Virus record (IMG/VR): IMGVR_UViG_3300035670_000138
Coordinates: 1-64,000 of that record
DNA: 64,000 bases
Origin: a virus
Lineage: Duplodnaviria > Heunggongvirae > Uroviricota > Caudoviricetes
Strand: one strand, 5' to 3'
Part shown: positions 1-8,934 of the stretch, one piece after another
Layout of the letters: each line of letters opens with the position of its first letter
Numbering within the stretch: position 1 is the stretch's first letter
Notes under the pieces: model-generated
Databases searched by the model: none
The model's input: only the letters and a program-made list of their open reading frames with translations
Told to the model about the DNA's origin: nothing
Program-made: the position numbers and the translations under genes

Positions 1-1
1 A

Positions 2-85
2 CTAAATGAAGAAATTGTCGACCTTAAATCAGAAATATTTGCATTACAACTAACAATTGCTTACTATGAAAACAATAAAACTATT
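2..85 (+). CDS. 3' end of a CDS cut by the window start (coiled-coil-like C-terminus ...LNEEIVDLKSEIFALQLTIAYYENNKTI*)
   Basis: The reading frame is open from the first base to a TGA stop at 83-85, with no in-frame start inside the window. Confidence 0.25.
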
Positions 86-189
86 TGAAGTATTTATGTT
101 CCTAATGACACTTCCAATAACATCATACGGAATATTAATGTATATTATAAACTATTTACAATTAATATTCTCATTCATAAGGAGATGCT

Positions 190-384
190 ATGTTACGAAA
201 GTTTAGAGATGGACTTGCTTACTTTATAATGTCGAGAGAAACTGAGGAAGTTATAAACTCAGCATTGAGATACTACGATCAAATGTTAGCAATCCAAGAA
301 GAAATTACCAAAATGGAAAGTACTATGCAAGAGTCAATTAAAAATGGTTATCTAGATATAAATAAGACGGGAGTGTTACAATGA
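190..384 (+). CDS. hypothetical protein (64 aa)
   Basis: The ORF has an SD (taaggagat) upstream of an ATG. A 4-nt ATGA overlap couples it to the next gene. Confidence 0.45.
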   Translation: MLRKFRDGLAYFIMSRETEEVINSALRYYDQMLAIQEEITKMESTMQESIKNGYLDINKTGVLQ

Positions 385-827
385 GTGCGTTAACTAAGCT
401 AATATTACTGGTATTTTGTATAATATTCTATATTAGTCTTGCAGAAGCTCGGACATTAGACACAATAGTAGTTCACACTACTGACGCTAAGCCTGAATGT
501 GGAGCTAAATGTGTAGATGAATATCATAAGTCATTAGGTTGGGATTCTTGCGGATATCATTATATAGTACTAGCTGATGGCACTATCGAACCTTGTCGAG
601 AATTAGACCAAGTAGGAGCGCATGTTAAAGACCATAACGAGACTAGTATAGGGATTGCTTGGGCAGGGAATGATGTTCCAACTGAGATACAAAAGAAACA
701 TTTATTTTGGCTTGTAAAAGTTCTAAAAAAGTATTATAATATAACTGAGGTCAAAGGACATAATGAGTATAACTCAAATAAGACATGTCCTAAAATTGAT
801 ATAAGTGAATTGAAAAGTAACAAGTAA
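381..827 (+). CDS. N-acetylmuramoyl-L-alanine amidase (Amidase_2/PGRP, T7-lysozyme-like) with an N-terminal signal peptide; endolysin
   Basis: The hydrophobic N-terminus is LTKLILLVFCIIFYISLAEA. Amidase_2 motifs are present: VVHTTD, GYHYIV, GAHVKDHNETSIGIAW and VKGHNEY..CP, which include the Zn ligands H, H and C. Confidence 0.8.
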   Translation: MSALTKLILLVFCIIFYISLAEARTLDTIVVHTTDAKPECGAKCVDEYHKSLGWDSCGYHYIVLADGTIEPCRELDQVGAHVKDHNETSIGIAWAGNDVPTEIQKKHLFWLVKVLKKYYNITEVKGHNEYNSNKTCPKIDISELKSNK

Positions 828-843
828 AAAATAGGAGAGTTTT

Positions 844-1008
844 ATGATTTTCGTATTGTTAGTAGTTATAAGTTCAGAACCTAATGTTATATTAACACAG
901 GAATTTTCTAGTCAGGAAAGATGTATAAAGGCAGGGGAAGAGTTTGAGAAATTAACAGATGCTATTATCAAGAAGTCTTGGTTATCTTTTAAGTGTGTTG
1001 AGAAATAA
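844..1008 (+). CDS. small membrane protein (54 aa) just after the endolysin; holin/spanin-like candidate
   Basis: This ORF is not in the supplied track because it is under 60 aa. It starts at an ATG with SD aggagag. Its N-terminus MIFVLLVVISS is hydrophobic, and it is packed tightly between the amidase and the next gene. Confidence 0.3.
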   Translation: MIFVLLVVISSEPNVILTQEFSSQERCIKAGEEFEKLTDAIIKKSWLSFKCVEK

Positions 1009-1010
1009 AT

Positions 1011-1304
1011 ATGACTAAAAAAGAATTTTTGAAAAGAATTGATAAGGCAATTGAAACGATAAATAAAGAATATGAAGAATATTCATGTAACTCTATTAGA
1101 TGTTCATTTCCTTTACTGAAAGGTTTTTATAGTGTGGTTGAGGATACTTATAATATTTTATTTAATAATGAGAATAAAGTTTTTTGGCTTGATGATTATA
1201 TTTACCAAGAACAACCAAAATGGACTCCAGAAGAAGTCCGAATATTTTTCATTACAATGTTTGCTGAGTGGTGTTTAGTGCATAAAGAGTATAAGATGTT
1301 TTAA
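1011..1304 (+). CDS. hypothetical protein (97 aa)
   Basis: ORF in the compact + strand array. Confidence 0.4.
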   Translation: MTKKEFLKRIDKAIETINKEYEEYSCNSIRCSFPLLKGFYSVVEDTYNILFNNENKVFWLDDYIYQEQPKWTPEEVRIFFITMFAEWCLVHKEYKMF

Positions 1305-1322
1305 AGTGAAAAATGGGGTTGT

Positions 1323-1763
1323 ATGAGTGATAATAGAAAGCTGATTTTTACAAAATCAGGCTTTGGGGTAAAAGAAATATCCAAAGGAATTGGAATAAAA
1401 AGAAATCTAAAAACTTTAATTCATATATTAAAACAGAGTAGGAGTATGAAAATGAGTGAAAATGAGTTTGATAATTACGATAGTATGATGTTGCTAGAAT
1501 CTAAAATAGAAGAACTACAACAACAAATAAAAGAACGTGATGAGTTGATTTTGGAGCTTGAGAAGGTTAGAGAGTTTTATGGGGATAGAGATAATTGGAA
1601 ATTTCAATCTTATTCTAGTGACTGCAAGGACGTTATTTTTCGTGATACTGATTGTAAATCTATTGATGGGAAAGGGGAATTTGCTTGTTCTTCTGGCGGC
1701 AAACTAGCTCGCACACCATTAAAGAATCAAAAGTTATTAGATGAGATAAAGGGGAGAGTATGA
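1323..1763 (+). CDS. hypothetical protein with a coiled-coil (146 aa)
   Basis: ORF with SD gggg upstream. It contains the heptad-like segment LLESKIEELQQQIKERDELILELEKV. Confidence 0.45.
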   Translation: MSDNRKLIFTKSGFGVKEISKGIGIKRNLKTLIHILKQSRSMKMSENEFDNYDSMMLLESKIEELQQQIKERDELILELEKVREFYGDRDNWKFQSYSSDCKDVIFRDTDCKSIDGKGEFACSSGGKLARTPLKNQKLLDEIKGRV

Positions 1764-1811
1764 GCAATTCTTGTGAGCATGGAATATTATACTAAATAAT
1801 TGTGAGGCGAA

Positions 1812-2018
1812 ATGAAAAAAGAAAAGATTACAACAAAAAGAAGAAAACTCTTACATTTTGAAAAGCTTCCTACAGAAGAAGGGATTAAACAACTTAATGA
1901 TATAATTAGTGATTTATTATCACAACCATATGCTAACCAAAATGATAGTTTTATAAAAGACTTAAAACAACAAAGAGATGATCTTAAAAAAAAAATTAAA
2001 TCAAAGGGGAAAGTATGA
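1812..2018 (+). CDS. hypothetical basic protein (68 aa)
   Basis: ORF with SD gaggcg. The protein is Lys-rich. Confidence 0.35.
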   Translation: MKKEKITTKRRKLLHFEKLPTEEGIKQLNDIISDLLSQPYANQNDSFIKDLKQQRDDLKKKIKSKGKV

Positions 2019-2161
2019 ACGAACGACAAATTGTGGGCTATAGTTTTTTAACAATAGGATTAATTTTGATGTTGACAAATAATCATCTTCCTGCTATACT
2101 ATTCAACAGTATGGCTGTAGGTATTTTCTTAACAGATATGATTAACAAAAAGGAGAAATAA
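2015..2161 (+). CDS. small membrane protein (48 aa)
   Basis: Its ATG overlaps the upstream stop (ATGA). Two hydrophobic segments are present. It ends exactly where the RNR gene begins. Confidence 0.3.
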   Translation: MNERQIVGYSFLTIGLILMLTNNHLPAILFNSMAVGIFLTDMINKKEK

Positions 2162-4015
2162 TTGAACAAAAGTAATAAGTTACTATCGGACATTGTAGCA
2201 TTTAGAACGTACTCTAAGTACTTACCTCACGCAATGAGAAGAGAATCTTTAGAAGAAACTATTAATAGAAATATGACACAACATTTAGATAGATTTCCTA
2301 AACTATCTAGGGATATTATAAAAGCATATAAACAAGTGCATGATTTAAACCAAATGCCGAGCATGAGAGCTATGCAATTTGGAGGAGAAGCTATCCTAAA
2401 AAATAACGTAAGGCAGTACAACTGTAGCTTTGTTAACGTATCATATGTAAGATCTTTCCAAGAAATATTATTTATATTACTATCGGGTACAGGTGTGGGA
2501 TTTTCAGTTCAAAATAGACACATTAAGACTTTACCTTTAGTAAAAGCTCCGAAAGAAGAGGGAACATTTAAAGTACACGATTCAATCGAGGGTTGGGCAG
2601 ACGCATTAGGAGCATTAATGTCTGCATATTTCTATGGCGGAATTAGACCTCTATTCGATTTAACTGGTATTCGTGAGAAAGGATCTTATCTAGTTACTAC
2701 TGGTGCTAAAGCTCCCGGTCCTGAACCTTTAAGACAAATGTTAATTAAGGTAGAATCGCTTTTAAAACCGGCTTTAGGTAGAAAGCTAACAGACATAGAG
2801 GTACACGACATAATCTGTTTAATAGCCGATTGTGTGCTTTCTGGAGGCATTAGACGAGCTGCACTTATGTCATTGTTTGACAGAGACAGCAAAGCTATGC
2901 TTACCTGTAAACATGGAGAGTGGTGGAATAAACACCCTCACAGAGCTAGAGCTAATAACTCGGCAGTATTACCTAGAGGGGAAGTTAGTAAAGACGAATT
3001 TAAACACATTTATGATATGTGTATACAATCTAATGCAGGTGAGCCGGGATTTTTCTGGACAAATAATTTAGATTGGGGTACTAATCCTTGTGCAGAGATT
3101 GGGCTACAAACTAACCAATTTTGTAATCTAACCAGTACGAGCTTAACTGGTATTAAAAATAAGAAAGATCTACATAATAGAATATATGCTTCAGCTTTAA
3201 TTGGAACTCTCCAAGCAAGCTATACGGACTTTCCTTATCTATCAGATCAATGGAGAGAGACTACTGAGCGTGAAGCATTATTGGGTTGCTCTTTTACTGG
3301 AGTGGCAGATGCCGGAGCTATTAGTAAAGAAGACCTTAATGAAGCTGCGAAATTAGCATTAGATGTTAATGAAAAATATGCAAAGAAGCTAGGTATTAAT
3401 ATTTCAAATAGAGTTACTACTTTAAAGCCAGAGGGTACGGCTAGTTGTATCATTGGATCATCAAGCGGAATCCATGCTAGGCATGACGAGTACTATCTTA
3501 GAAGAATTAGAATGAATAAAGATGACGCTCTAGCTAAGTATTTAGCTGAGACTATTCCCAATTTAGTTGAGCAAGACTTATTTAGTCCAAGTGGAGTTGT
3601 AGTTACTATTCCGCAAATGAGTCCACAAGGATCTATTTTAAAGTCCCAAGAAACAGCATCTAGCTTGTTTAAAAGAACTATGTTTTTCTATGAAAATTGG
3701 GTACTTCCGGGGCATAGAGCAGGAGATAATACTCACAATGTATCTGTAACTATCTCATATAAGCCAGAAGAAATCGAAGGATTATTTAACGACTTATGGG
3801 ATAACAGACTAAGCTACGCTGCGGTTAGCTTACTTCCGTTCGACGGAGGATCTTATAAGCAAGCTCCTTTTGAATCTTGTGATAAAGAAACTTTTGATAA
3901 GTATGAGTTACTAGTTAGCGATATCGACCTAACTAAGGTTAAAGAATTAGCAGATTATACTGATAGACTTAAAAACGTAGCATGTGCCAATGGTGTATGC
4001 GAATTGGAGTTATAA
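2162..4015 (+). CDS. ribonucleotide reductase, single-chain; probably class II (adenosylcobalamin-dependent, NrdJ-like). TTG start
   Basis: The protein is 617 aa and carries the catalytic-loop motif NPCAEI (N-P-C-x-E) near residue 400, with RNR-like sequence throughout. No NrdB-type small subunit gene is adjacent. SD aaaggag sits 7 nt before the TTG. Confidence 0.75.
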   Translation: MNKSNKLLSDIVAFRTYSKYLPHAMRRESLEETINRNMTQHLDRFPKLSRDIIKAYKQVHDLNQMPSMRAMQFGGEAILKNNVRQYNCSFVNVSYVRSFQEILFILLSGTGVGFSVQNRHIKTLPLVKAPKEEGTFKVHDSIEGWADALGALMSAYFYGGIRPLFDLTGIREKGSYLVTTGAKAPGPEPLRQMLIKVESLLKPALGRKLTDIEVHDIICLIADCVLSGGIRRAALMSLFDRDSKAMLTCKHGEWWNKHPHRARANNSAVLPRGEVSKDEFKHIYDMCIQSNAGEPGFFWTNNLDWGTNPCAEIGLQTNQFCNLTSTSLTGIKNKKDLHNRIYASALIGTLQASYTDFPYLSDQWRETTEREALLGCSFTGVADAGAISKEDLNEAAKLALDVNEKYAKKLGINISNRVTTLKPEGTASCIIGSSSGIHARHDEYYLRRIRMNKDDALAKYLAETIPNLVEQDLFSPSGVVVTIPQMSPQGSILKSQETASSLFKRTMFFYENWVLPGHRAGDNTHNVSVTISYKPEEIEGLFNDLWDNRLSYAAVSLLPFDGGSYKQAPFESCDKETFDKYELLVSDIDLTKVKELADYTDRLKNVACANGVCELEL

Positions 4016-4084
4016 TATGAGCTGTCCATTTTGCACAACTCCTTGCGGAAATAATTGGTGTCCATATAACAAAGGAAATAAAAA

Positions 4085-4237
4085 ATGAAAGAAGAATTAA
4101 AACTTATCGAGAAAATTGGTAAATTGTTGACGTTAGAACCTCAAGCAAATCTGCGAGTATTAAATTACTTAATGTCGCTTGAACACGCTAAACAGTATAG
4201 ATCATATAATAATAATAATCAACTAGGAGAAGAATAA
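4085..4237 (+). CDS. small hypothetical protein (50 aa)
   Basis: ORF under 60 aa that the track misses. Its stop overlaps the next start (TAATG). Confidence 0.25.
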   Translation: MKEELKLIEKIGKLLTLEPQANLRVLNYLMSLEHAKQYRSYNNNNQLGEE

Positions 4238-4410
4238 TGAAATTATTACTTGTATTACTTATTGTTGGCTGTGCTAACAATACAATTGTTGACAAAAAGC
4301 ACAAATGTGTGGTAGAATTAGTTAAGGAAGGAGTTACCGCTAAGGAATCTGCCGAAGCCTGTAAATATACCTTTGATAACTCTGCTGTAAGATTAGACAT
4401 GAGGAAGTAA
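4237..4410 (+). CDS. small lipoprotein (57 aa)
   Basis: The sequence MKLLLVLLIVGCANN has a signal peptide and a lipobox L-I-V-G-C. Two further Cys residues follow. Confidence 0.4.
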   Translation: MKLLLVLLIVGCANNTIVDKKHKCVVELVKEGVTAKESAEACKYTFDNSAVRLDMRK

Positions 4411-4412
4411 TT

Positions 4413-5270
4413 ATGCTCGAAAAATTCTTAAACTATATCAAAGATTTTAACAATACTAAGGTAGTTGACTTAGATCCTATTTCATCTAGTCCCGAAGTCC
4501 TTACAGGCAATCCTCACCTTTGGAATGGTCAGTATTCACTTATTGTTCGTTATTTAGGATTAGCCGAGAATCTTAATCCTTTCACAAAATATCACGATCT
4601 TTGTGAAATTCCTAACCATGCAGGGATATATACTAGACTTCCTTTTGAATTAGAACAAAAGCTAGGCTTTGATGCTATTAGCTTTGATGAGCTAAACGGA
4701 ATTAGTTTTAGTTCTAGTGAGAAGGCTTGGAGAATCTGTAACTATGGTGAAAGAAATTCTTGGATCTTCGACGAGCTTAGACCTGACACTAAACCTAAGT
4801 TCACATTAAAGGATTACTTAGCTTTACCTAAAGTTATATTCAATGTTGTGAAAATGGCTATTCAAACTAAGAGGCTTGGAGGAAGTGGAGCTATCGATCA
4901 AGTTATATTCTCCAATCCAATAACTACATATTATTCTCGAAAAATGCAACCAAGACATGTATTTGTTTGGAAAATGTCAGCTAATAGGTTAAACGAGATT
5001 ACTTGGTTAGAAAAGCTACATTTTGTATTGAATACTTTGAGAAGTATAAAGACTCCGAAAACTAGCGGTAAGAATATGCATTTGTTCATCATACTGAAAA
5101 TGATGCTAATGAACTCGGCTTTGTTAAAAAACAAGCTAATTAAGTATGCTTGTAAAAAGTTCTTAAACGAAGTAAACCATGTTGAAAATGCTACAAAGTT
5201 TTACCCTGCAAATCACCCATTTATCGAAGCTATCGGTCTTATATCAGATAAAATGAAAAAAGAGTTATAG
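4413..5270 (+). CDS. hypothetical protein (285 aa)
   Basis: Long ORF with SD gaggaag. I recognise no motifs. Confidence 0.5.
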   Translation: MLEKFLNYIKDFNNTKVVDLDPISSSPEVLTGNPHLWNGQYSLIVRYLGLAENLNPFTKYHDLCEIPNHAGIYTRLPFELEQKLGFDAISFDELNGISFSSSEKAWRICNYGERNSWIFDELRPDTKPKFTLKDYLALPKVIFNVVKMAIQTKRLGGSGAIDQVIFSNPITTYYSRKMQPRHVFVWKMSANRLNEITWLEKLHFVLNTLRSIKTPKTSGKNMHLFIILKMMLMNSALLKNKLIKYACKKFLNEVNHVENATKFYPANHPFIEAIGLISDKMKKEL

Positions 5271-5271
5271 T

Positions 5272-5415
5272 ATGACACCTAATGAGTTATCTGCTAATTA
5301 TATAGTACTGAAAGATAGAGTTCGTCGATTAGAACAAGAGAATAATGAACTAAAAGAAGAAATTGTTAGACTTAAAGCTAAAATACTTCTTGACGAAAAT
5401 AAAAAATCAGAGTAG
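5272..5415 (+). CDS. small coiled-coil protein (47 aa)
   Basis: ORF under 60 aa. It contains the heptad segment LKDRVRRLEQENNELKEEIVRLKAKI. Confidence 0.25.
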   Translation: MTPNELSANYIVLKDRVRRLEQENNELKEEIVRLKAKILLDENKKSE

Positions 5416-5434
5416 TATATATCAGGAGGTTCTC

Positions 5435-5905
5435 ATGAACATATTTTTCACAGATCCCGATCCTGTTAAATGTGCCGAGTATCTAGACAACAAACGAGTA
5501 ATTAAGATGATTCTCGAATCCTGTCAAATGCTATCTACTGCAATAAATGAGTCTGGAGGGAAAGCTCCATACAAATCTACTCATAAAAATCATCCCTCAA
5601 ATGTTTGGGTTAGACAGTCTTACGATAACTTTAAATGGTTATGGAATCATATGTTAGCTTTAAACGATCAGTATTATACTAGATTTGGTAAGAATCATAA
5701 GTCTGCTGTTATATTTAAAAACTCCGACATTCTAGATCAAGCAGAAGCTTTACTTCCTAAAGTAGGGTTAACCAATAAGCCTAATTGTGCTGCTAATTCT
5801 GGGTTAGGAATATCATATAAACATGTTAGCGATATATACGAGGCATATAAACTATACTTGAATGATCGTTGGGAGAATGATAAAAATGATGTTAAATGGA
5901 GTTAA
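5435..5905 (+). CDS. pyrimidine-dimer DNA glycosylase-like (T4 endonuclease V superfamily) protein
   Basis: The SD aggagg precedes the ATG. The N-terminus MNIFFTDPDPVKCAEYLDNKRVIKMILESCQML..HKNHPSNVWV..NFKWLWNHMLALNDQYY resembles bacterial and phage PDG-family (Pyr_excise-like) proteins. I call the function from memory only. Confidence 0.4.
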   Translation: MNIFFTDPDPVKCAEYLDNKRVIKMILESCQMLSTAINESGGKAPYKSTHKNHPSNVWVRQSYDNFKWLWNHMLALNDQYYTRFGKNHKSAVIFKNSDILDQAEALLPKVGLTNKPNCAANSGLGISYKHVSDIYEAYKLYLNDRWENDKNDVKWS

Positions 5906-6251
5906 GCTTAAGAATGGAGATCTTCTTGTTAGAAACTCCTATTACCCCATAATAGAATCAAAGATTACAAGAAAATGTTTATTTAGATTTGAGGAATATA
6001 AAGGAGAATACTATTTATATTCTAATATTGAAGCTTTTTGGGGAGATTCAACTAAATATATCTCACTAAACTCTGATTATCCGAATTGTCATAATGAATA
6101 TACTAGATATATAAATTTACCTTTAGTAAACATACAAACATACTACACTCCGTATATGAAATGTTATCCAAATTCATCATTATACAAAACATTATATCCT
6201 AACGGTCAGGAAGACGGTAATTTTTGGAAGGTATTACAATGCGAAAATTAG
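5886..6251 (+). CDS. YPNG-tail family member 1 (C-terminus ...CYPNSSLYKTLYPNGQEDGNFWKVLQCEN)
   Basis: The conserved C-terminal module lies at the extreme C-terminus. SD gggaga precedes the ATG at 5886. Confidence 0.55.
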   Translation: MMLNGVKLKNGDLLVRNSYYPIIESKITRKCLFRFEEYKGEYYLYSNIEAFWGDSTKYISLNSDYPNCHNEYTRYINLPLVNIQTYYTPYMKCYPNSSLYKTLYPNGQEDGNFWKVLQCEN

Positions 6252-6496
6252 TTTATTGTATAAGAAATAAAAATCGTAAAGAGTTAGTTAAGAATAGAGC
6301 ATACTTAGCTATAGGATATAAAAAATTTAATGAGGGGTATCTTTTTACATTAGAAGGACATTCCACATTTGACTATTGCTGCACTAGATTTAAAGAAATT
6401 AGGCTATATCCCAACACTAAATTATTTCAACAATTATATCCAGACCATATATTATACCAAGGTAAACTAGGAGTTCTCAGTGAAATTAAGTTATAG
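6224..6496 (+). CDS. YPNG-tail family member 2, divergent (...LYPNTKLFQQLYPDHILYQGKLGV...)
   Basis: The ATG follows the ggaagg embedded in member 1's tail codons. The C-terminal module is present but degenerate. Confidence 0.5.
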   Translation: MEGITMRKLVYCIRNKNRKELVKNRAYLAIGYKKFNEGYLFTLEGHSTFDYCCTRFKEIRLYPNTKLFQQLYPDHILYQGKLGVLSEIKL

Positions 6497-7490
6497 TAAA
6501 GTTGAAAAATACAAACAATGTCCGGCTTCTTACGATTTTCATTACAATCAGAAGTTGCGAAATAAGTATATAGGATCTCCATTATTCTTCGGCACAGCAA
6601 TAGATGATGCGATTGGAGTATTAAAGCTACCATTGATTAAACAACTTACCGATAAACAGAAAGAACAGATAAAAGAAACTCCCGAGAATGTCTTTAAAAA
6701 AAGAATGACATATATGAATCATAACGGAGAAGAAATAAATATTAGAGAATTTCCCTTTATAAATTATTCAAAGTCAGATATAGATACTTCTATATTCTCC
6801 GAAGCTGATATAAAAGAAATCAATGATAAGTTTTTCGACAATCCTTTAACTAGTAAACAATTACAAGAATATGCAGAATTTATTGCAGATCAAAAAAGAT
6901 CTGAAAAAATAGTTGAAAAAAATGATTTTCTAGCTTACAATAGTATTTGTTGGCTATCTCTTTACAATAAGGGGATTATGATTATAGATTGCTACAGAAA
7001 AGAAATTATACCGCAAATATTGGAGATTGTTTCTATACAGGAAACTGTGAGTATTACTAATAATGATGGGGATGAAATTGTTGGATTTATCGACGATATT
7101 AGAATATACAAAGACGAGCCGAATGTTATGTACATAAACGATGATAAAACTAGCTCTAAGGCATATAAACAAGAACAGCTAGATGAAAGTCCTCAATTAT
7201 CGACATATGCTTGGTATAAGGATATTCCTAATATAAGCTATACTGTTATGGAAAAGTCAGTAAGAAAGAAAGAGCCGAGAATTAGGATTAATATATTGAA
7301 AGGCATTAGTTCAGATGATTATAAGGATAAAGTACTAGATGAATATGAGAATGTATTGCTAAAGATAAACAATAATGAGTATCCTAAAGACTTTAATTCA
7401 GGGTGCAAGTTTTATGGAGCTAAATGTTTGTATTACGATATTTGTCATAATGATACTATGCCTGAATATATTGTTGAAATGAAGAGGTAG
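6480..7490 (+). CDS. PD-(D/E)XK nuclease of the RecB/Cas4 family with a 4-Cys cluster. GTG start
   Basis: The N-terminus YSKVEKYKQCPASYDFHY carries the single N-terminal Cys typical of Cas4/AddB. The core has IVGFIDDI..DDKTSSKAYK..QLSTYAW (D, D/ExK and QxxxY). The C-terminus CKFYGAKCLYYDIC supplies the other three Cys. SD aggag precedes the GTG. Confidence 0.7.
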   Translation: MKLSYSKVEKYKQCPASYDFHYNQKLRNKYIGSPLFFGTAIDDAIGVLKLPLIKQLTDKQKEQIKETPENVFKKRMTYMNHNGEEINIREFPFINYSKSDIDTSIFSEADIKEINDKFFDNPLTSKQLQEYAEFIADQKRSEKIVEKNDFLAYNSICWLSLYNKGIMIIDCYRKEIIPQILEIVSIQETVSITNNDGDEIVGFIDDIRIYKDEPNVMYINDDKTSSKAYKQEQLDESPQLSTYAWYKDIPNISYTVMEKSVRKKEPRIRINILKGISSDDYKDKVLDEYENVLLKINNNEYPKDFNSGCKFYGAKCLYYDICHNDTMPEYIVEMKR

Positions 7491-7494
7491 AGCT

Positions 7495-7701
7495 ATGGAA
7501 TATAGATTGAAAGATAGATTAGATATGATGAAAGCAGATTTAACGAGGGAATTAGAGGAACTGATTTCTCGTAGAGATAGACTTTTGGTAAATTTAAAAT
7601 CATTCCAAAGTTCACTAAATGAATGTCAAAATCAAATTTTAGAAACACAATCAGCAATGGTTGAATTAGATAAACTACTGGAGGAAAAACAATGGAAATA
7701 G
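7495..7701 (+). CDS. hypothetical coiled-coil protein (68 aa)
   Basis: SD gaggtag precedes the ATG. Confidence 0.45.
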   Translation: MEYRLKDRLDMMKADLTRELEELISRRDRLLVNLKSFQSSLNECQNQILETQSAMVELDKLLEEKQWK

Positions 7702-8021
7702 ATTTAGGTAGAGACATTGATTCTATGAAAAAAGAGGCATTAGTGAAGTATGTTAGAGAATTAGTCGCACACATTAAAGGATTGACTAAAAAAGAACAAT
7801 CTTTAGAGAATGAAGAGAACTTACCTTATGATGCAGTTAGCGTTGTAGGTAAAAAGTTCGTCACTTTAAAGTTCGATCTTGAAAGCGGTAAAGCTAAGGT
7901 TGTTGACGTAAAGACTGACACAAGAGACATTAGAAACAACAACATGGCAGTATACTATGCTAACCACAAGTTACTGGAATTAGGGAAAAAACAAAAGGAG
8001 AAAGAAGATGAAAAAAATTAA
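7692..8021 (+). CDS. hypothetical protein (109 aa)
   Basis: SD ggagga precedes the ATG. Confidence 0.45.
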   Translation: MEIDLGRDIDSMKKEALVKYVRELVAHIKGLTKKEQSLENEENLPYDAVSVVGKKFVTLKFDLESGKAKVVDVKTDTRDIRNNNMAVYYANHKLLELGKKQKEKEDEKN

Positions 8022-8379
8022 TGGAAGTTTACTAAAGGCTAGAATGGACGATAAGCAATTATTAGTAAGCCAAGCTAGTTTTTTGGAGAATCTAGAAACA
8101 GCAGGAAAGGGTGCTAACGGTATTATTCAAGAAGCTAAGAAGTTTTTAGCAATTAACGAAGATGATAGCGTAATTGCATCAAATGCTGAAGTTATTAAGA
8201 TTTACAATAAGACATCAAATGCTGTTGTAAGTTTTGATAGAGCATTGCTCGCTTTAAAAGAGTTAGAGTTACTAGATAGTAATGAAACTCAAGTTTTAGA
8301 CAATTTACATAAAAAACTTGTTGAAAAAATTTGTGATTTATACGATATTAGTAATGACGAATTATTCTTGGAGGAATAA
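8008..8379 (+). CDS. hypothetical protein (123 aa)
   Basis: SD aaggag precedes the ATG. Confidence 0.45.
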   Translation: MKKINGSLLKARMDDKQLLVSQASFLENLETAGKGANGIIQEAKKFLAINEDDSVIASNAEVIKIYNKTSNAVVSFDRALLALKELELLDSNETQVLDNLHKKLVEKICDLYDISNDELFLEE

Positions 8380-8934
8380 ATGAAATCAAGTGAAAGTATT
8401 ATTAACATAGCAAAAGCTCTAAACAAAGCTCAAGCTGAATTAGGAAGTGTTGTAAAAGGAAGTAATAACCCTTACTACGACTCTAAATACGCCGATATTA
8501 ACGACGTAATTAAGACTATTAAGGAAACATTGAATAAGAACGATATCACGTTTATTCAGCCTTTAATGGTTAAAGAAGTGGCAGGACTTAAGGTTACTGT
8601 AGTTGAGACTGTATTGTTACACAATACGGGAGAATATATCTCAAGCGAAACTGAAGTTGTAACTAAAGACAATGGTGACGCTCAGAAATATGGAGCAGCG
8701 ATTACTTATAGTCGAAGATTTGGGCTACAATCAATCGTAGGATTACCTGCTGAAGACGATGATGGGAATACTGCAACAGGTAAAGCACCTAAGACTCCTC
8801 CGGCTACTGCTTCTACTACAAAAAACGAAGCTAAGTCTGACTCTCCTACAAAGTTTTCAAATAGAGGTCAAAAATTAACAAATACTGCACCAAGTAAACC
8901 TCAAGCTAACAAAGGAGATGACGATGATATCTGA
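8380..8934 (+). CDS. erf: Erf-family single-strand annealing protein (SSAP) with an SSB-like acidic C-terminal tip
   Basis: Erf signatures are ALNKAQAELGSVVKGSNNPYYDSKYADINDV, HNTGEYI, GAAITYSRRFGL and PAEDDDG. A low-complexity P/T/A linker ends in GDDDDI. Confidence 0.65.
   Translation: MKSSESIINIAKALNKAQAELGSVVKGSNNPYYDSKYADINDVIKTIKETLNKNDITFIQPLMVKEVAGLKVTVVETVLLHNTGEYISSETEVVTKDNGDAQKYGAAITYSRRFGLQSIVGLPAEDDDGNTATGKAPKTPPATASTTKNEAKSDSPTKFSNRGQKLTNTAPSKPQANKGDDDDI

Noticed and set aside
148-176. The ATTTACAATTA string upstream of the gene at 190 as a promoter.
   Set aside because: It is shared with the 26803 promoter region but lacks a TTGACA-like -35. It is too weak to call and is mentioned only as a possible -10-proximal element.
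1787-2029. An 80-aa ORF on the - strand antisense to the 1812..2018 gene. Similar short antisense ORFs lie at 2227..2421, 2686..2892, 3247..3453, 4188..4400, 4931..5134, 6427..6633, 6954..7172, 7493..7774, 10451..10663, 11276..11461, 12029..12328, 12297..12551, 13013..13201, 17277..17507, 18286..18492, 18689..18910, 18926..19249, 20233..20421, 21828..22019, 25117..25305, 28007..28210 and 28753..29160.
   Set aside because: They are shadow ORFs inside or opposite well-supported + strand genes. They have no SD, are hydrophobic or low-complexity, and are typical AT-rich antisense artefacts.
2832-3071. A 79-aa + strand ORF inside the RNR gene, in another frame.
   Set aside because: It is nested inside a gene with clear RNR motifs and is not independently supported.
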